Below are positions 35,897 to 45,685 of a stretch of DNA of 64,000 nucleotides, piece after piece (within the stretch, counting starts at the first letter, position 1; each line of letters opens with the position of its first letter). The stretch spans positions 1 to 64,000 of the IMG/VR virus record IMGVR_UViG_3300035670_000035; one strand, 5' to 3'. Made by a program: the position numbers and the translations under genes. Origin of the DNA: a virus. The notes below the pieces were generated by a model. The model was not told where the DNA came from. It searched no databases and saw only the letters and a list, made by a program, of their open reading frames with translations.

Positions 35897-36925
35897 TTAG
35901 ATCACTTTATCAAAAATATTTTCTAAGATTGATAATTGTTTACTTGCATCACACCATTTTTCTTTAGTTATCTCGCTCGCTTTTTTTCCCATCTCTTTTC
36001 TTAACAAGAAATTTTGTTCTAATTCTCTTGCATAATATTCAAGTTCTTCTTTAGTATTCCATAAAAACCCTGTTTCTTTATCTAAGATTTGGTTTGGAAA
36101 ATTATATTTATTTGGGGCAATAACTGGAAGGCCACTTAATAGAGCTTCTATGATAGCTCTGCTTTGATTTTCTACGAATGATTCATGGCTATTATAGACA
36201 TAGGCATCTAAAGAGTTTAAAAAATTAGAAGTTGGTTCTTCGTTAGGTTCTAATAATTCCCATTTTTCATTAAAATCAAACCATTTAAATCTACTTTTAA
36301 ATAGTCTATCTATTCCCATTACTTTATAATTTGGATTTTTTAAATTTAAATTAGTATAAAATAACGGAAAATCATCAGAAAATTTTAATGGATCAGGTCT
36401 ACTATGTTTACCAATGGTAAAAGTTTCTTTTTTTTGCCTTTCAAAGAAATTATAAGAATCTGGATCAAAGTAATTTGGAATTATAAATTCTTTTGTGTTT
36501 TTACGTATACTTTTTGATGATAATTTAGATTTATGAAATTCACTTGTATATAGATATGCATCAACCATTTTTTCTTCAACATTCTTAATTTCTGCTTCAG
36601 AGTTCCAAGTCATATCATTTGACCAAACAAATTTTAATCCCATGTCTTTTATCTTTTTTATTCTCCAATCTTCTGAGAATAGTCTAAAATTACAGAACGC
36701 TAATGCTATACCTTCGGCTTTTTTAGGCAAGCATTTCCAACTAGTATAATCTATATTATTTTCATGTAAAAATTCTATATTTTTTTTCTCTAAAAATCTT
36801 ATGTCGTCATTAGGTATACAGCGTACATTATATTTTTTATTTTTACCTAATAATTTAAGTAAATCTTTTAATCTTGTGTCTGCGCCTCCAAGATCAGAAA
36901 TCCATTGAAATACGTATATATTCAT
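35897..36925 (-). CDS. GT-B (GT4) glycosyltransferase
   Basis: IPNYFD and ENQSRAIIEALLSGLPVI (EX7E). Confidence 0.85.
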   Translation of the reverse strand: MNIYVFQWISDLGGADTRLKDLLKLLGKNKKYNVRCIPNDDIRFLEKKNIEFLHENNIDYTSWKCLPKKAEGIALAFCNFRLFSEDWRIKKIKDMGLKFVWSNDMTWNSEAEIKNVEEKMVDAYLYTSEFHKSKLSSKSIRKNTKEFIIPNYFDPDSYNFFERQKKETFTIGKHSRPDPLKFSDDFPLFYTNLNLKNPNYKVMGIDRLFKSRFKWFDFNEKWELLEPNEEPTSNFLNSLDAYVYNSHESFVENQSRAIIEALLSGLPVIAPNKYNFPNQILDKETGFLWNTKEELEYYARELEQNFLLRKEMGKKASEITKEKWCDASKQLSILENIFDKVI

Positions 36926-37215
36926 TAAATTGTAAACAAATGTTTATTATCTTGAAAAAACAATAGATATTTAGCTCCTAAAACTGCTTTTAATTCATTT
37001 ATAACATTTATATTAACTTTTTGATTCAATATTTTATATACTTCAAAAGCCTTATCTTCATTTTGTCTTCTTCTGCAAGAACATCCAGTATATGCTGCGT
37101 CAAGATAATCTTTAATAATTGCCATAGCTGAATCTTTGTATATTATATCTTGATTTGCACTAAGTATATCATAAAAGTGATTCATGTGTGGAATTAATAC
37201 AGTTTTTTCATTCAT
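36925..37215 (-). CDS. hypothetical protein
   Basis: GCSCRR motif; abuts neighbouring ORFs. Confidence 0.6.
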   Translation of the reverse strand: MNEKTVLIPHMNHFYDILSANQDIIYKDSAMAIIKDYLDAAYTGCSCRRRQNEDKAFEVYKILNQKVNINVINELKAVLGAKYLLFFQDNKHLFTI

Positions 37216-37567
37216 AAATGTACCTCTTTAATACAATATATATTACAATCGAAAACATATAAATTAAAGGAAATATTAGAAAATTTTTAAAAATAAAACA
37301 AGAAAAAAGAGTTAACCAAAAATTTAAGCAATAAGGACAAGAGAAAAGTTTAGTTAAAAAATTAGGATTTTTTATAGTTATAAAATCTATATAAGATATA
37401 TCTGGATTAATTTTTTTGTATTCGTAATATTTATCTATTCTAAATAAAAACCCTAGTCTAAAAAGTTTAAAATATTCTAAAAAAGCATCAGTATGGAACC
37501 ACACTAAAAGTATAAAATTTATCAAAGATATTTGATTTGTAAAATTAATAAAGGTATTGACATCCAT
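37208..37567 (-). CDS. membrane protein with CPYC motif (DUF1360-like)
   Basis: KLFSCPYCLNFWL between hydrophobic segments. Confidence 0.55.
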   Translation of the reverse strand: MDVNTFINFTNQISLINFILLVWFHTDAFLEYFKLFRLGFLFRIDKYYEYKKINPDISYIDFITIKNPNFLTKLFSCPYCLNFWLTLFSCFIFKNFLIFPLIYMFSIVIYIVLKRYIYE

Positions 37568-37585
37568 ACATATATATTATATAAT
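37557..37585 (+). promoter_or_regulatory. consensus sigma70 promoter for the plus-strand nucleotide operon
   Basis: Exact TTGACA-N17-TATAAT. Confidence 0.8.
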
Positions 37586-37608
37586 CTACAAATAGAATAT
37601 TCTATTTA

Positions 37609-38016
37609 ATGAAAGATAAATTTATATTAATGGCTAAAAATATAGCCAATCAAGTATATAAAACATCAGAAGATCCGTATACGAAGGTAAGTGCTGTAGT
37701 ATTAAATAATGAAGGAAGAATATTATCAATAGGATACAATGGCTTGGCTCCTAAGAAAACTGTGAATAGTAAATTTTGGTTAGATCGAGACTATAGAAGA
37801 AAATTCATGATTCATGCAGAAATGAATGCTTTATCCTGTATAAATAGATACGATAATCCTCATGCGATATATATAAATGTATCTCCTTGTAGTTATTGTT
37901 CTAATTTAATTGTCGCCCATAATATTAAAGAAGTATATTATAGTAAAGAATATCCATTAGATACAAACGCTAAAGAGATATTTAAGTTTTATAATATTAA
38001 ATTTATTAAAATATGA
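37609..38016 (+). CDS. dCMP deaminase
   Basis: SEDPYTKV, IGYNG, HAEMNAL and PCSYC. Confidence 0.9.
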   Translation: MKDKFILMAKNIANQVYKTSEDPYTKVSAVVLNNEGRILSIGYNGLAPKKTVNSKFWLDRDYRRKFMIHAEMNALSCINRYDNPHAIYINVSPCSYCSNLIVAHNIKEVYYSKEYPLDTNAKEIFKFYNIKFIKI

Positions 38017-38594
38017 AAATTATAGGCATTTCTGGCGTGGCGACATCTGGCAAAGATACTCTATGTAGTCTTATATCTAGATATTTATCAGAAAAAAATA
38101 TAATAACTAAAAGAGTCGCCTTAGCCGATAAATTAAAAGAAGATCTTAGACCTTTCTTAATAGAAAAGTTTCATGTTGATATAATGAAACCAACAGTAGA
38201 AGAAAAAACTTTAGTAAGGCCAATTTTAGTTTCATATGGAAAAGTAAAAAGAAGTCTAACAAAAGGTAGATATTGGACATCTAAAGTAGATGAGACTATA
38301 CAAAATATGTTAAATAACAAAATTTTACCAATAATTACTGATATAAGATACCACGAATATCCAGAAGATGAATTTTACTGGTTAAAAAATAAAGGTGGAA
38401 TTTTAATACATATATCTAGAGTTGGAATTGATGATAAAATTATACCTCCAGCAAATACCGAAGAAAAAGAAAACGATAAAAGAATAAAAGAAAATGCAGA
38501 CTTTACTTATACTTGGAAAACTCAAGATGATCTAGATTCACTATACTATGAACATATAAAATTTTTGGAGGAAATATATGAAAGAATTAATTGA
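38013..38594 (+). CDS. deoxynucleoside monophosphate kinase
   Basis: P-loop GVATSGKDT, ALADKLK and ITDIRY. Confidence 0.85.
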   Translation: MKIIGISGVATSGKDTLCSLISRYLSEKNIITKRVALADKLKEDLRPFLIEKFHVDIMKPTVEEKTLVRPILVSYGKVKRSLTKGRYWTSKVDETIQNMLNNKILPIITDIRYHEYPEDEFYWLKNKGGILIHISRVGIDDKIIPPANTEEKENDKRIKENADFTYTWKTQDDLDSLYYEHIKFLEEIYERIN

Positions 38595-39195
38595 TTATCA
38601 ATATCTAAGTGACACAGATTTAATAAAAAATATTAAATGTAAAAATTGTAATGATTCTATGAAAGAACTTGAAGATAGGCATAGTGGCATTTGTTATAGT
38701 ATGATTAAGAAATATTATAATACTATGAGTTCTATTGGTATTGATCCAAACGAGATAGCCAAAGAAAAAGATTATATAATATATAAATCCGCTTTAAATT
38801 TTAATCCAAGTAAAAATATTAAATTTTCTACTTGGGTTGGTAATCAAATGAGATTCCATTGTTTAAATTCTATGAATAAAAATAATAATTTAATATCTAT
38901 GGAAACCGATGTTATTAAAAATGTTATAGAAAAAAAACAATTCGAAGTAAGCGATCATTTATTTTCTAATAAAGAGAAAATGGAATTTATTTTTAATCTT
39001 TTAAAACAATTAAAAGATTCTAGAGTAGAGAAAATATTTAGATTAAGATACTTTTCTGAAAGAAAAAATATGTCTTGGAGTAAAATAGGTAAAAAGTTGA
39101 ATATAAGTACCCAGACGGTAATTAATATTCATAATAAAACTATTAACTTTTTAAAAAATAAATTAGAAAGTGATAGTCTTCAAGATACTATATAA
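38578..39195 (+). CDS. phage-encoded sigma70-family RNA polymerase sigma factor
   Basis: Region 2-like FNPSKNIKFSTWV; region 4 HTH IFRLRYF...MSWSKIGKKLNISTQTV. Confidence 0.8.
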   Translation: MKELIDYQYLSDTDLIKNIKCKNCNDSMKELEDRHSGICYSMIKKYYNTMSSIGIDPNEIAKEKDYIIYKSALNFNPSKNIKFSTWVGNQMRFHCLNSMNKNNNLISMETDVIKNVIEKKQFEVSDHLFSNKEKMEFIFNLLKQLKDSRVEKIFRLRYFSERKNMSWSKIGKKLNISTQTVINIHNKTINFLKNKLESDSLQDTI

Positions 39196-39211
39196 TAAGG
39201 AGAAATAAATA

Positions 39212-39517
39212 ATGAGTGAAAAACAAAATAATGAATGGGCTAAAAGAGATATTGGAGCCCTATGGAAAAAAGAAGGAAAAAGTCAAAAATTTCTTTCTGG
39301 ATATATTAAAGATGAAACTGGTATGCAAACAGAGGTAGTTATTTTTGCTAATAAGTATAAGCAAGATAATCCTAAAGCTCCAGACTATAGAATATATCTT
39401 TCTACAAAAACAGAACCCGCAACAAAATCTGAAGTAAAAGCTGTAGCAAAAAATACAGTTAAACCTTCTGTAAAGAAAGTAGTTGAAGTAGCACAAGAAG
39501 AAGAAGATCTATTGTGA
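39212..39517 (+). CDS. DUF736-like putative single-stranded DNA-binding protein
   Basis: IGALWKK...FLSG...KAPDYRI with an acidic C-terminal tail. Confidence 0.65.
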   Translation: MSEKQNNEWAKRDIGALWKKEGKSQKFLSGYIKDETGMQTEVVIFANKYKQDNPKAPDYRIYLSTKTEPATKSEVKAVAKNTVKPSVKKVVEVAQEEEDLL

Positions 39518-40608
39518 AGTTAGCTCTTCAGCTACCAGTAAATTCTGTAAGTTTTGGTCAAATTTCGACCATTCTTCTTAGAGAGTTTTTCTCTCAAAAG
39601 AAAATAAATACATCGTTATTTTTAATAGGTAATAATATTGATTTATCTTCTCAGAAGAACATAACTCAGGAATTTGTTGATTGGTTGAATAGTCAATTAA
39701 AAGATACTCTAGCTACTCATAAAAGAACAGATAATGTATTTAAATTGTGGCATTTAAATGGATCATTTGAAAGTATTTCAAATAATCAAACGTTACTTTC
39801 TTTCTATGAATTAGATTCTCCAACAAGAGAAGAAATTAATATTGCAAGGAATCAAAAAAACTTAATTTTTACATCAACATATACCGCGGATGTATTTAAA
39901 CAAAGTGGTTGTGATAATGTAAAATTTGTGCCACTTCCTTTTGATAAATATAATTTTAATGTTACTAATAAAAACTATCACACTGATGATAGGATTGTTT
40001 TTAATCTTTGTGGTAAACTAGAAAAAAGAAAACATCATAAAAAAGTAATAAGAGCATGGGCTAAAAAATATGGAAATAATTCTAAATATTTCTTACAATG
40101 TGCAATATATAATCCATTTATAAAACCAGAAGATCAGCAAAAACTTATTTTTGATATGTTAGAGGGAAATAATTATTTTAATATATCATTTTTAGGTCAA
40201 ATGCAGAAAAATGAATTGTATAATGATTATCTAAATAGTTCAAATATCATAATCGGAATGAGTGGTGGTGAAGGTTGGGGTTTACCAGAATTTCAATCCG
40301 TTGCTTTAGGAAAATATGGAGTTATTTTAAATGCTCATGCGTACAAAGACTGGGCAAATAAAGATAATTCTATATTAGTAAATCCATCTGGTAAGATAGA
40401 AGCATATGATAATATGTTCTTTCAAAAAGGATCAATTTTTAATCAAGGTAATATTTTTGATTTTAATGAAGATGATTTTATTTCTGCTTGTGAAATTGCT
40501 TGTGAAAAGGTGAGATTAAATAAGATTAATCAAAGTGGGTTGAAATTGCAAGAAAAATTTACAACAGAAAAGTTCATTAGTGATGTACTAAATATAGTAA
40601 ACGAATAA
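39514..40608 (+). CDS. GT-B (GT4-like) glycosyltransferase
   Basis: GKLEKRK and GEGWGLPEFQSVALG motifs. Confidence 0.8.
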   Translation: MKLALQLPVNSVSFGQISTILLREFFSQKKINTSLFLIGNNIDLSSQKNITQEFVDWLNSQLKDTLATHKRTDNVFKLWHLNGSFESISNNQTLLSFYELDSPTREEINIARNQKNLIFTSTYTADVFKQSGCDNVKFVPLPFDKYNFNVTNKNYHTDDRIVFNLCGKLEKRKHHKKVIRAWAKKYGNNSKYFLQCAIYNPFIKPEDQQKLIFDMLEGNNYFNISFLGQMQKNELYNDYLNSSNIIIGMSGGEGWGLPEFQSVALGKYGVILNAHAYKDWANKDNSILVNPSGKIEAYDNMFFQKGSIFNQGNIFDFNEDDFISACEIACEKVRLNKINQSGLKLQEKFTTEKFISDVLNIVNE

Positions 40609-40609
40609 A

Positions 40610-40957
40610 ATGCCAGAATATCTCTACGAACATCCTAAAAATGGTAAAGTTATAAGTATAATCCAAAGTATTCACGACAAACATGAATATGTAGATGAGT
40701 CTGGTTTAAAATGGAATAGGGTATTTACTGCTCCAGAATTGAATACTGAAGGAACATTAAAAGCTGATTGTACTTCTCAACAATTTAGTGAGTATACTGG
40801 AAAAAAGAAAGGTACAATTGGAGATTTATTTGACAGAAGCGCAGAGCTTTCAGAAAAAAGAAAAAAAATTCTTGGTAAAGATCCTCTAAAAGAAAAATAT
40901 TTTAAAAGTTGGAGCAAGAAAAGAAAAGGCAAAAGACATCCTTTAGATAGAGATTAA
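40610..40957 (+). CDS. FmdB-like small protein
   Basis: MPEYLYEHP N-terminus; lacks the usual CxxC. Confidence 0.5.
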   Translation: MPEYLYEHPKNGKVISIIQSIHDKHEYVDESGLKWNRVFTAPELNTEGTLKADCTSQQFSEYTGKKKGTIGDLFDRSAELSEKRKKILGKDPLKEKYFKSWSKKRKGKRHPLDRD

Positions 40958-41469
40958 TACCAAACTTCATTGTGTATTCTTCTTAATACTTTTATCCAAT
41001 CTTTTAAATGATACGAAACTTCATCTTTCTGAGCAACTTCAAAACCATTCTTGGCTATATTATAATAAACAGTTTCGGATGGATACGATCTTCTTATTTT
41101 TTCTAAACTTTTATAAAAAAATCCTAAAAATACAAGAACAGATTTAGCTGTATCTTCGTTATGTTCTAAAGTAAAAAAATATTTATTTTGTAAAGGCGTT
41201 TCTATTAAATCGTAAAATTTTGATCCTACTGCTTCTGATATATATTCTTTTTCTTCAAATGAACATTTTATATCTTTACTATATTTAATTATGGTAAGTT
41301 CTGCAAATACTGGAAAGCTAATATCTACAATTCCATTAATATCTTCTTCTGATATTTTATTTAAAATTTCTGGTAAACAATCTGGATCTTGTATAAGTAA
41401 GAAGGTTTTCTCTGGCGATAAACCTAATTTTTTTGCGAAAAAATCTATATCTCTTTCCGAAACCCTCAC
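40954..41469 (-). CDS. hypothetical protein
   Basis: 171 aa ORF downstream of nrdB. Confidence 0.65.
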   Translation of the reverse strand: MRVSERDIDFFAKKLGLSPEKTFLLIQDPDCLPEILNKISEEDINGIVDISFPVFAELTIIKYSKDIKCSFEEKEYISEAVGSKFYDLIETPLQNKYFFTLEHNEDTAKSVLVFLGFFYKSLEKIRRSYPSETVYYNIAKNGFEVAQKDEVSYHLKDWIKVLRRIHNEVWY

Positions 41470-41483
41470 ATTAGTTATTACAA

Positions 41484-41822
41484 CTAATTTTTATTTTTAT
41501 TCATTAAATATTGTTGAATTGTTTCAAAGTTACGATCGAGTTTAGCTTCTAATCTATCAAAATAAGCTTCAAAAGATTCTTTTGTGACATAAGTAGTGCT
41601 TACTTTTAGTGCTAAATCCGCTATCTCTTGCTGATGTTTACGGCTTTCTAATTCTACTTCTTTTCTTAAAGCTATAAAATCACTAAAGGTTTTATCATTT
41701 AAATCTTTAATAAGTCTCTCTTGACGATCAGATATGGAGAATACTCTAGTAAAAAGCCATCCACCAAGAAATGATAGAGCCCCTAGAACAAGGTTAAATA
41801 CTGTTACTATATCTAAATTCAC
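41484..41822 (-). CDS. membrane-anchored coiled-coil protein
   Basis: N-terminal TM helix plus coiled coil; GTGTAAAT upstream. Confidence 0.65.
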   Translation of the reverse strand: MNLDIVTVFNLVLGALSFLGGWLFTRVFSISDRQERLIKDLNDKTFSDFIALRKEVELESRKHQQEIADLALKVSTTYVTKESFEAYFDRLEAKLDRNFETIQQYLMNKNKN

Positions 41823-41851
41823 ACATATATTTACACTTTAAATATTAGATA

Positions 41852-42916
41852 TTATAGTTTAAAATCACCAAAATCATCATCAGAGATATCGGTTTTCCTT
41901 GCTCCGATTTTATATGCAGAAATCTCTGTTTCTTGTGGAGCAACTTGAACTTTACTGCTATCAAGATAACTATCTAACCATCCAGCAATAGGATTATCCT
42001 TTTGATTGAATATCTTTTTGTATCCTAAAGATCTTAAACGAGCATCACAAAGCCATTTAGAATATCCGCCTAAAACTTCAGCATTTAAACCTAATAAGGA
42101 ACCTTTGCTAAATAGATATTCAGCCCATTCAATTTCATTTTTGGCGGCTTGCTCGTAGAATGCATATACCTTATCTTCGCTCTTTTTAGCTATAGATGTA
42201 AAACCTTCCTTTTCTTCTTCTTTTAAAATTTTAAGTAAATTTTGAGTTGTAGCGAAATGTAAAGCTTCATCTCTTTGAATAAATTTAATAATTTTAGCAT
42301 TACCTTCCATTTTTCCACGATATCCAAAATAGAATGAACAAGCAAAGGAGACATAAAATACAAGGCCTTCCATAACATTTACGGAAAGTACGCAATCAAA
42401 TATCTTTTGCTTTAAATCTTTCTTATCGTCACCGCCAAGAATTTTATCAAAATTATTTCTAATAAGTTCGGCGCGAGATACAATCTCTTTATCCTCCATG
42501 ATACTATCAAAGAATTTACTGGCATCTGGATGAACATTATTAAGTAAATATGAATAAGAATAGCTATGGATTCCTTCAAATCTTTGCCAAGTATTCATAC
42601 ATATCTCAAGTTCTGGATTACTTACATAATCTTTTAAAGAATGAATGCTTCTCGAAAGCATACTATCTCCAAGAGTTTGAAATTTTAAATTAGTATCAAA
42701 TACAAATCTTTCTTGTCCAGCTAGATCTTTATAATCGCTACGATCTTTATTCAGGGCTATCTCATGTGGCCACCAGAAAAATTCTTCTTGCTTTTTGAAA
42801 AGCTCAAAAAATATAGGATATTTAAAACGATCATATCTTTGAAGATTAAGATCCTCTCCAAAAAATAATGGTTGTTTTGTATGATCTATATTTTTTAAAT
42901 TTAGAACACTTTTCAT
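41852..42916 (-). CDS. nrdB: ribonucleotide reductase class Ia beta subunit
   Basis: FWWPHEI, EGIHSYSY (radical Tyr), EGLVFYVSF, IQRDEALH and VAPQETE. Confidence 0.96.
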   Translation of the reverse strand: MKSVLNLKNIDHTKQPLFFGEDLNLQRYDRFKYPIFFELFKKQEEFFWWPHEIALNKDRSDYKDLAGQERFVFDTNLKFQTLGDSMLSRSIHSLKDYVSNPELEICMNTWQRFEGIHSYSYSYLLNNVHPDASKFFDSIMEDKEIVSRAELIRNNFDKILGGDDKKDLKQKIFDCVLSVNVMEGLVFYVSFACSFYFGYRGKMEGNAKIIKFIQRDEALHFATTQNLLKILKEEEKEGFTSIAKKSEDKVYAFYEQAAKNEIEWAEYLFSKGSLLGLNAEVLGGYSKWLCDARLRSLGYKKIFNQKDNPIAGWLDSYLDSSKVQVAPQETEISAYKIGARKTDISDDDFGDFKL

Positions 42917-42919
42917 AGA

Positions 42920-45172
42920 TTACAATTTACACGCGCCAGACGAGCAATCGCGATCTTCTTTTTGATTCATTAGTTGCTCTTTATCTCCATCGTCTGTATT
43001 ATTATAATAAAGACTTATTAACCCTAAAGAATAAGCATTCATAATCTCTTTCATCACTTTAGCGTCAGGAAGAACATTGTTTTCATAGTGAGAATAGTTA
43101 TAGTATACATTAGTTGATATTGCCATGTCAATATATTTTTGGATAATTGCATTTATTTTTAATAAACCAGAATTGTCTTTAAAATTATAAGCTAATTCAT
43201 AGTTGTCATCATACTTGCCAACTCCAGGAACTAGTACTGGTAGTTTACCCATCTTACTCATCTTATAAGTAATCAAACTGCGAATTGGTTCTACGCCATT
43301 TGTTGAAGATTGAATTACAGAGCTACTCTCACATGGCATGCAAGATGATAGTGTAGAATGTCTTAAACCAAACTCTTTGATTTCTTTTCTTAATTTTTCC
43401 CAGTCAAGAGATAGTTTTCTTTTACACAATTCATCCACCTTGTCTTTATAAGTATCAATAGGAAGAATTCCTTTGGAATATTTAGTTCTATCAAATTTTT
43501 CACACTTACCTTTTTCTTTAGCAAGTTCTAGACTTGATTTTAGAAGATAGTATTGAAAATGTTCCATCCATTCGTCAAGAATTGGAAGTGTCTTATCGGA
43601 TGTATATTTTAATTCATTCTTAGCAAGATAAGCTGCTAAATTAGTTATACCTACTCCAAGACTACGACGTTTTTTTGCAAAATTTTCAGCAGCAATATTG
43701 AAGTAATCTTGAATTTCAATGATTTCATCAAGAAATCTCACGATAAGATCGCAAGTCTTTTCAAGATCCTGCCAGTTTTTAATTTCTAGCATATTTACTG
43801 CCGAAAGAATACACATGCCAATCTCGCCATTTTTATCGTGATAATCATTTAATGGTATAGTAGGATGAATAACTTCTGTACAAAGATTACTCATTGTTAC
43901 TTTGTCTAACCAAGCTCCGTGATTATTGGCATGATCTACATTAAGAATATAAATTCTACCAGTTTCAACTCTTTCCTTAATAATCAAAGAAAATAATTTA
44001 CGAGCTGAAACTTTCTTTTTGATCTTTAGCTTCTTAGACTCACACTCTTTATAAACTTTATCAAAATCTTTAGTACCCCAAGCTTCATATAATTCTGGAA
44101 CTTCAGCTGTATTAAATAAAGTTATCTCTTCATCTTTTAATACTCTATCATAGAATAATTTACTCATACCAACTGTATAATCTAGTTTACGAACACGATT
44201 ATCGTCTGTACCAGCGTTATTTTTTAATACAACAATATCTTCTATTTCATAATGCCACCATTGAATATTACAAGTAGCACTTCCACCACGAAGACCATTT
44301 TGTTGCCATGCTTTAACGCTACTTTCATAGATTTTAAGAAATGGTATTAATCCAGTATGAACAACTTCTCCATTTTTAATTGGTGATCCTATTGCTCTAA
44401 TTTTAGATACATCAATTCCAATACCACATCTATTTGCTGTCGCCATACTTACGGCAGTAGCACTTGCAGTAATACTTTCGCGACTATCATCAATACCAAT
44501 CAAACAGCAACTAGCATAATTTTTACTAGGAGTTCTAACTCCAGCCATTACTGGTGTTGGTAGATTAATCTTATGCTTACTAATAGTATCATAGAATTTT
44601 CTTACATAATTTAATCTTGTTTCTTTTGGATAATGAATAAATCCATAAGCAGCTATCAATATATAAGCAAACTGTGGCGTTTCAAATATATTGCCGTTAG
44701 TTCTATTTTTAATTAAATACTTATCACATAACTGTTTAATACCAGCATATGTAAAATTATAATCTCTTTCATGATCAATGAATTCTCCCATTTTATTGAT
44801 CTCATCTTCAGAGTATTTCTCTAAAATAATAGGATCGTAAATTTTATTTTTAATTCCTTGAGATAAAAACTCTAATAGTCTTGGAGCATGCTTACCTTTC
44901 CATACGTCTTTTCTTAATTGATAATTTAAAAGTCTTCCTGCAACATATTGATAATTTGGTTTTTCTACTGAAATTAAATTTGCAGCAGATTCAATTAACA
45001 ATCCATGAATTTCTTTCGTTGTTACTCCATCATGAATATTTATTTTAGCATTAATTTCTATATCAGTTACAGTTACGTTAGCTAAATCTTTAACAGCCCA
45101 ATTTATAACCTTATGAATTTTTTCTATGTTAAATTTTTCAGTAGCTCCATTTCGTTTCTTTACATGTATCAT
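42920..45172 (-). CDS. nrdA: ribonucleotide reductase class Ia alpha subunit with ATP cone
   Basis: VKKRNG ATP cone, PTPVMAG, SCCLI, SNLCTE and MPCESSS; no intein seen. Confidence 0.97.
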   Translation of the reverse strand: MIHVKKRNGATEKFNIEKIHKVINWAVKDLANVTVTDIEINAKINIHDGVTTKEIHGLLIESAANLISVEKPNYQYVAGRLLNYQLRKDVWKGKHAPRLLEFLSQGIKNKIYDPIILEKYSEDEINKMGEFIDHERDYNFTYAGIKQLCDKYLIKNRTNGNIFETPQFAYILIAAYGFIHYPKETRLNYVRKFYDTISKHKINLPTPVMAGVRTPSKNYASCCLIGIDDSRESITASATAVSMATANRCGIGIDVSKIRAIGSPIKNGEVVHTGLIPFLKIYESSVKAWQQNGLRGGSATCNIQWWHYEIEDIVVLKNNAGTDDNRVRKLDYTVGMSKLFYDRVLKDEEITLFNTAEVPELYEAWGTKDFDKVYKECESKKLKIKKKVSARKLFSLIIKERVETGRIYILNVDHANNHGAWLDKVTMSNLCTEVIHPTIPLNDYHDKNGEIGMCILSAVNMLEIKNWQDLEKTCDLIVRFLDEIIEIQDYFNIAAENFAKKRRSLGVGITNLAAYLAKNELKYTSDKTLPILDEWMEHFQYYLLKSSLELAKEKGKCEKFDRTKYSKGILPIDTYKDKVDELCKRKLSLDWEKLRKEIKEFGLRHSTLSSCMPCESSSVIQSSTNGVEPIRSLITYKMSKMGKLPVLVPGVGKYDDNYELAYNFKDNSGLLKINAIIQKYIDMAISTNVYYNYSHYENNVLPDAKVMKEIMNAYSLGLISLYYNNTDDGDKEQLMNQKEDRDCSSGACKL

Positions 45173-45299
45173 TATAAAACCTTTCTTATCGATTAGATAC
45201 TAATGTTACAGCATTTTTAAAAAATAAAAAAGAAAAATAAACTATTTTATTAACAATTCTTAAAAAAGATTAATCAAGTGTACGAAATCAATGTCTTAT

Positions 45300-45623
45300 G
45301 AAAAATATTAACTTTTCTTTGATATCCTAACAGGCTTTACCTCGTAAAAATATATTTCACAAGGTTTTGTATAATATCCCGCCAACTTTTCTTTTGACTC
45401 CTATATCCTCGGCATTTCTTCCAAGGATGGCTATGGCATTTATAGGAACGCGGTAGGTTATTCCTTTGCATTTTGCCACACCTTACACCTACATTTCATC
45501 ACAAGCTTTTTAAACAAGTGACTTTTTAATGGTCGTCAGCCTGATAGACGTTGCCATCGCAAGGCTAAGATATTAGAGGATTTATTTGACTATCCACAAA
45601 ACTGCTTTATTAGGAAGCTATGT
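45300..45623 (-). ncRNA. candidate structured non-coding RNA or 5' leader of nrdA
   Basis: No long ORF; several helices with minus-strand G-U pairs and a GCAA tetraloop; has its own promoter. Confidence 0.45.
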
Positions 45624-45629
45624 GTTATA

Positions 45630-45658
45630 ATACTAACTTTTTATTGTAGTTTTGTCAA
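45630..45658 (-). promoter_or_regulatory. sigma70-type promoter
   Basis: TTGACA-N17-TAGTAT. Confidence 0.75.
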
Positions 45659-45685
45659 ATAAAAAGTGTAAATATATCAAATATT

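Noticed and set aside
41852-45172. Introns or inteins in nrdA/nrdB
   Set aside because: Both ORFs are continuous and of normal length (750 and 354 aa)
45420-45492. Cobalamin riboswitch upstream of class Ia nrdAB
   Set aside because: Only a loose GGTG...AAAGGAA resemblance; the P4-P6 core and B12 box (GCAACTGT, GCCACTG, GGGAAG) are not found. Kept instead as an unclassified structured RNA
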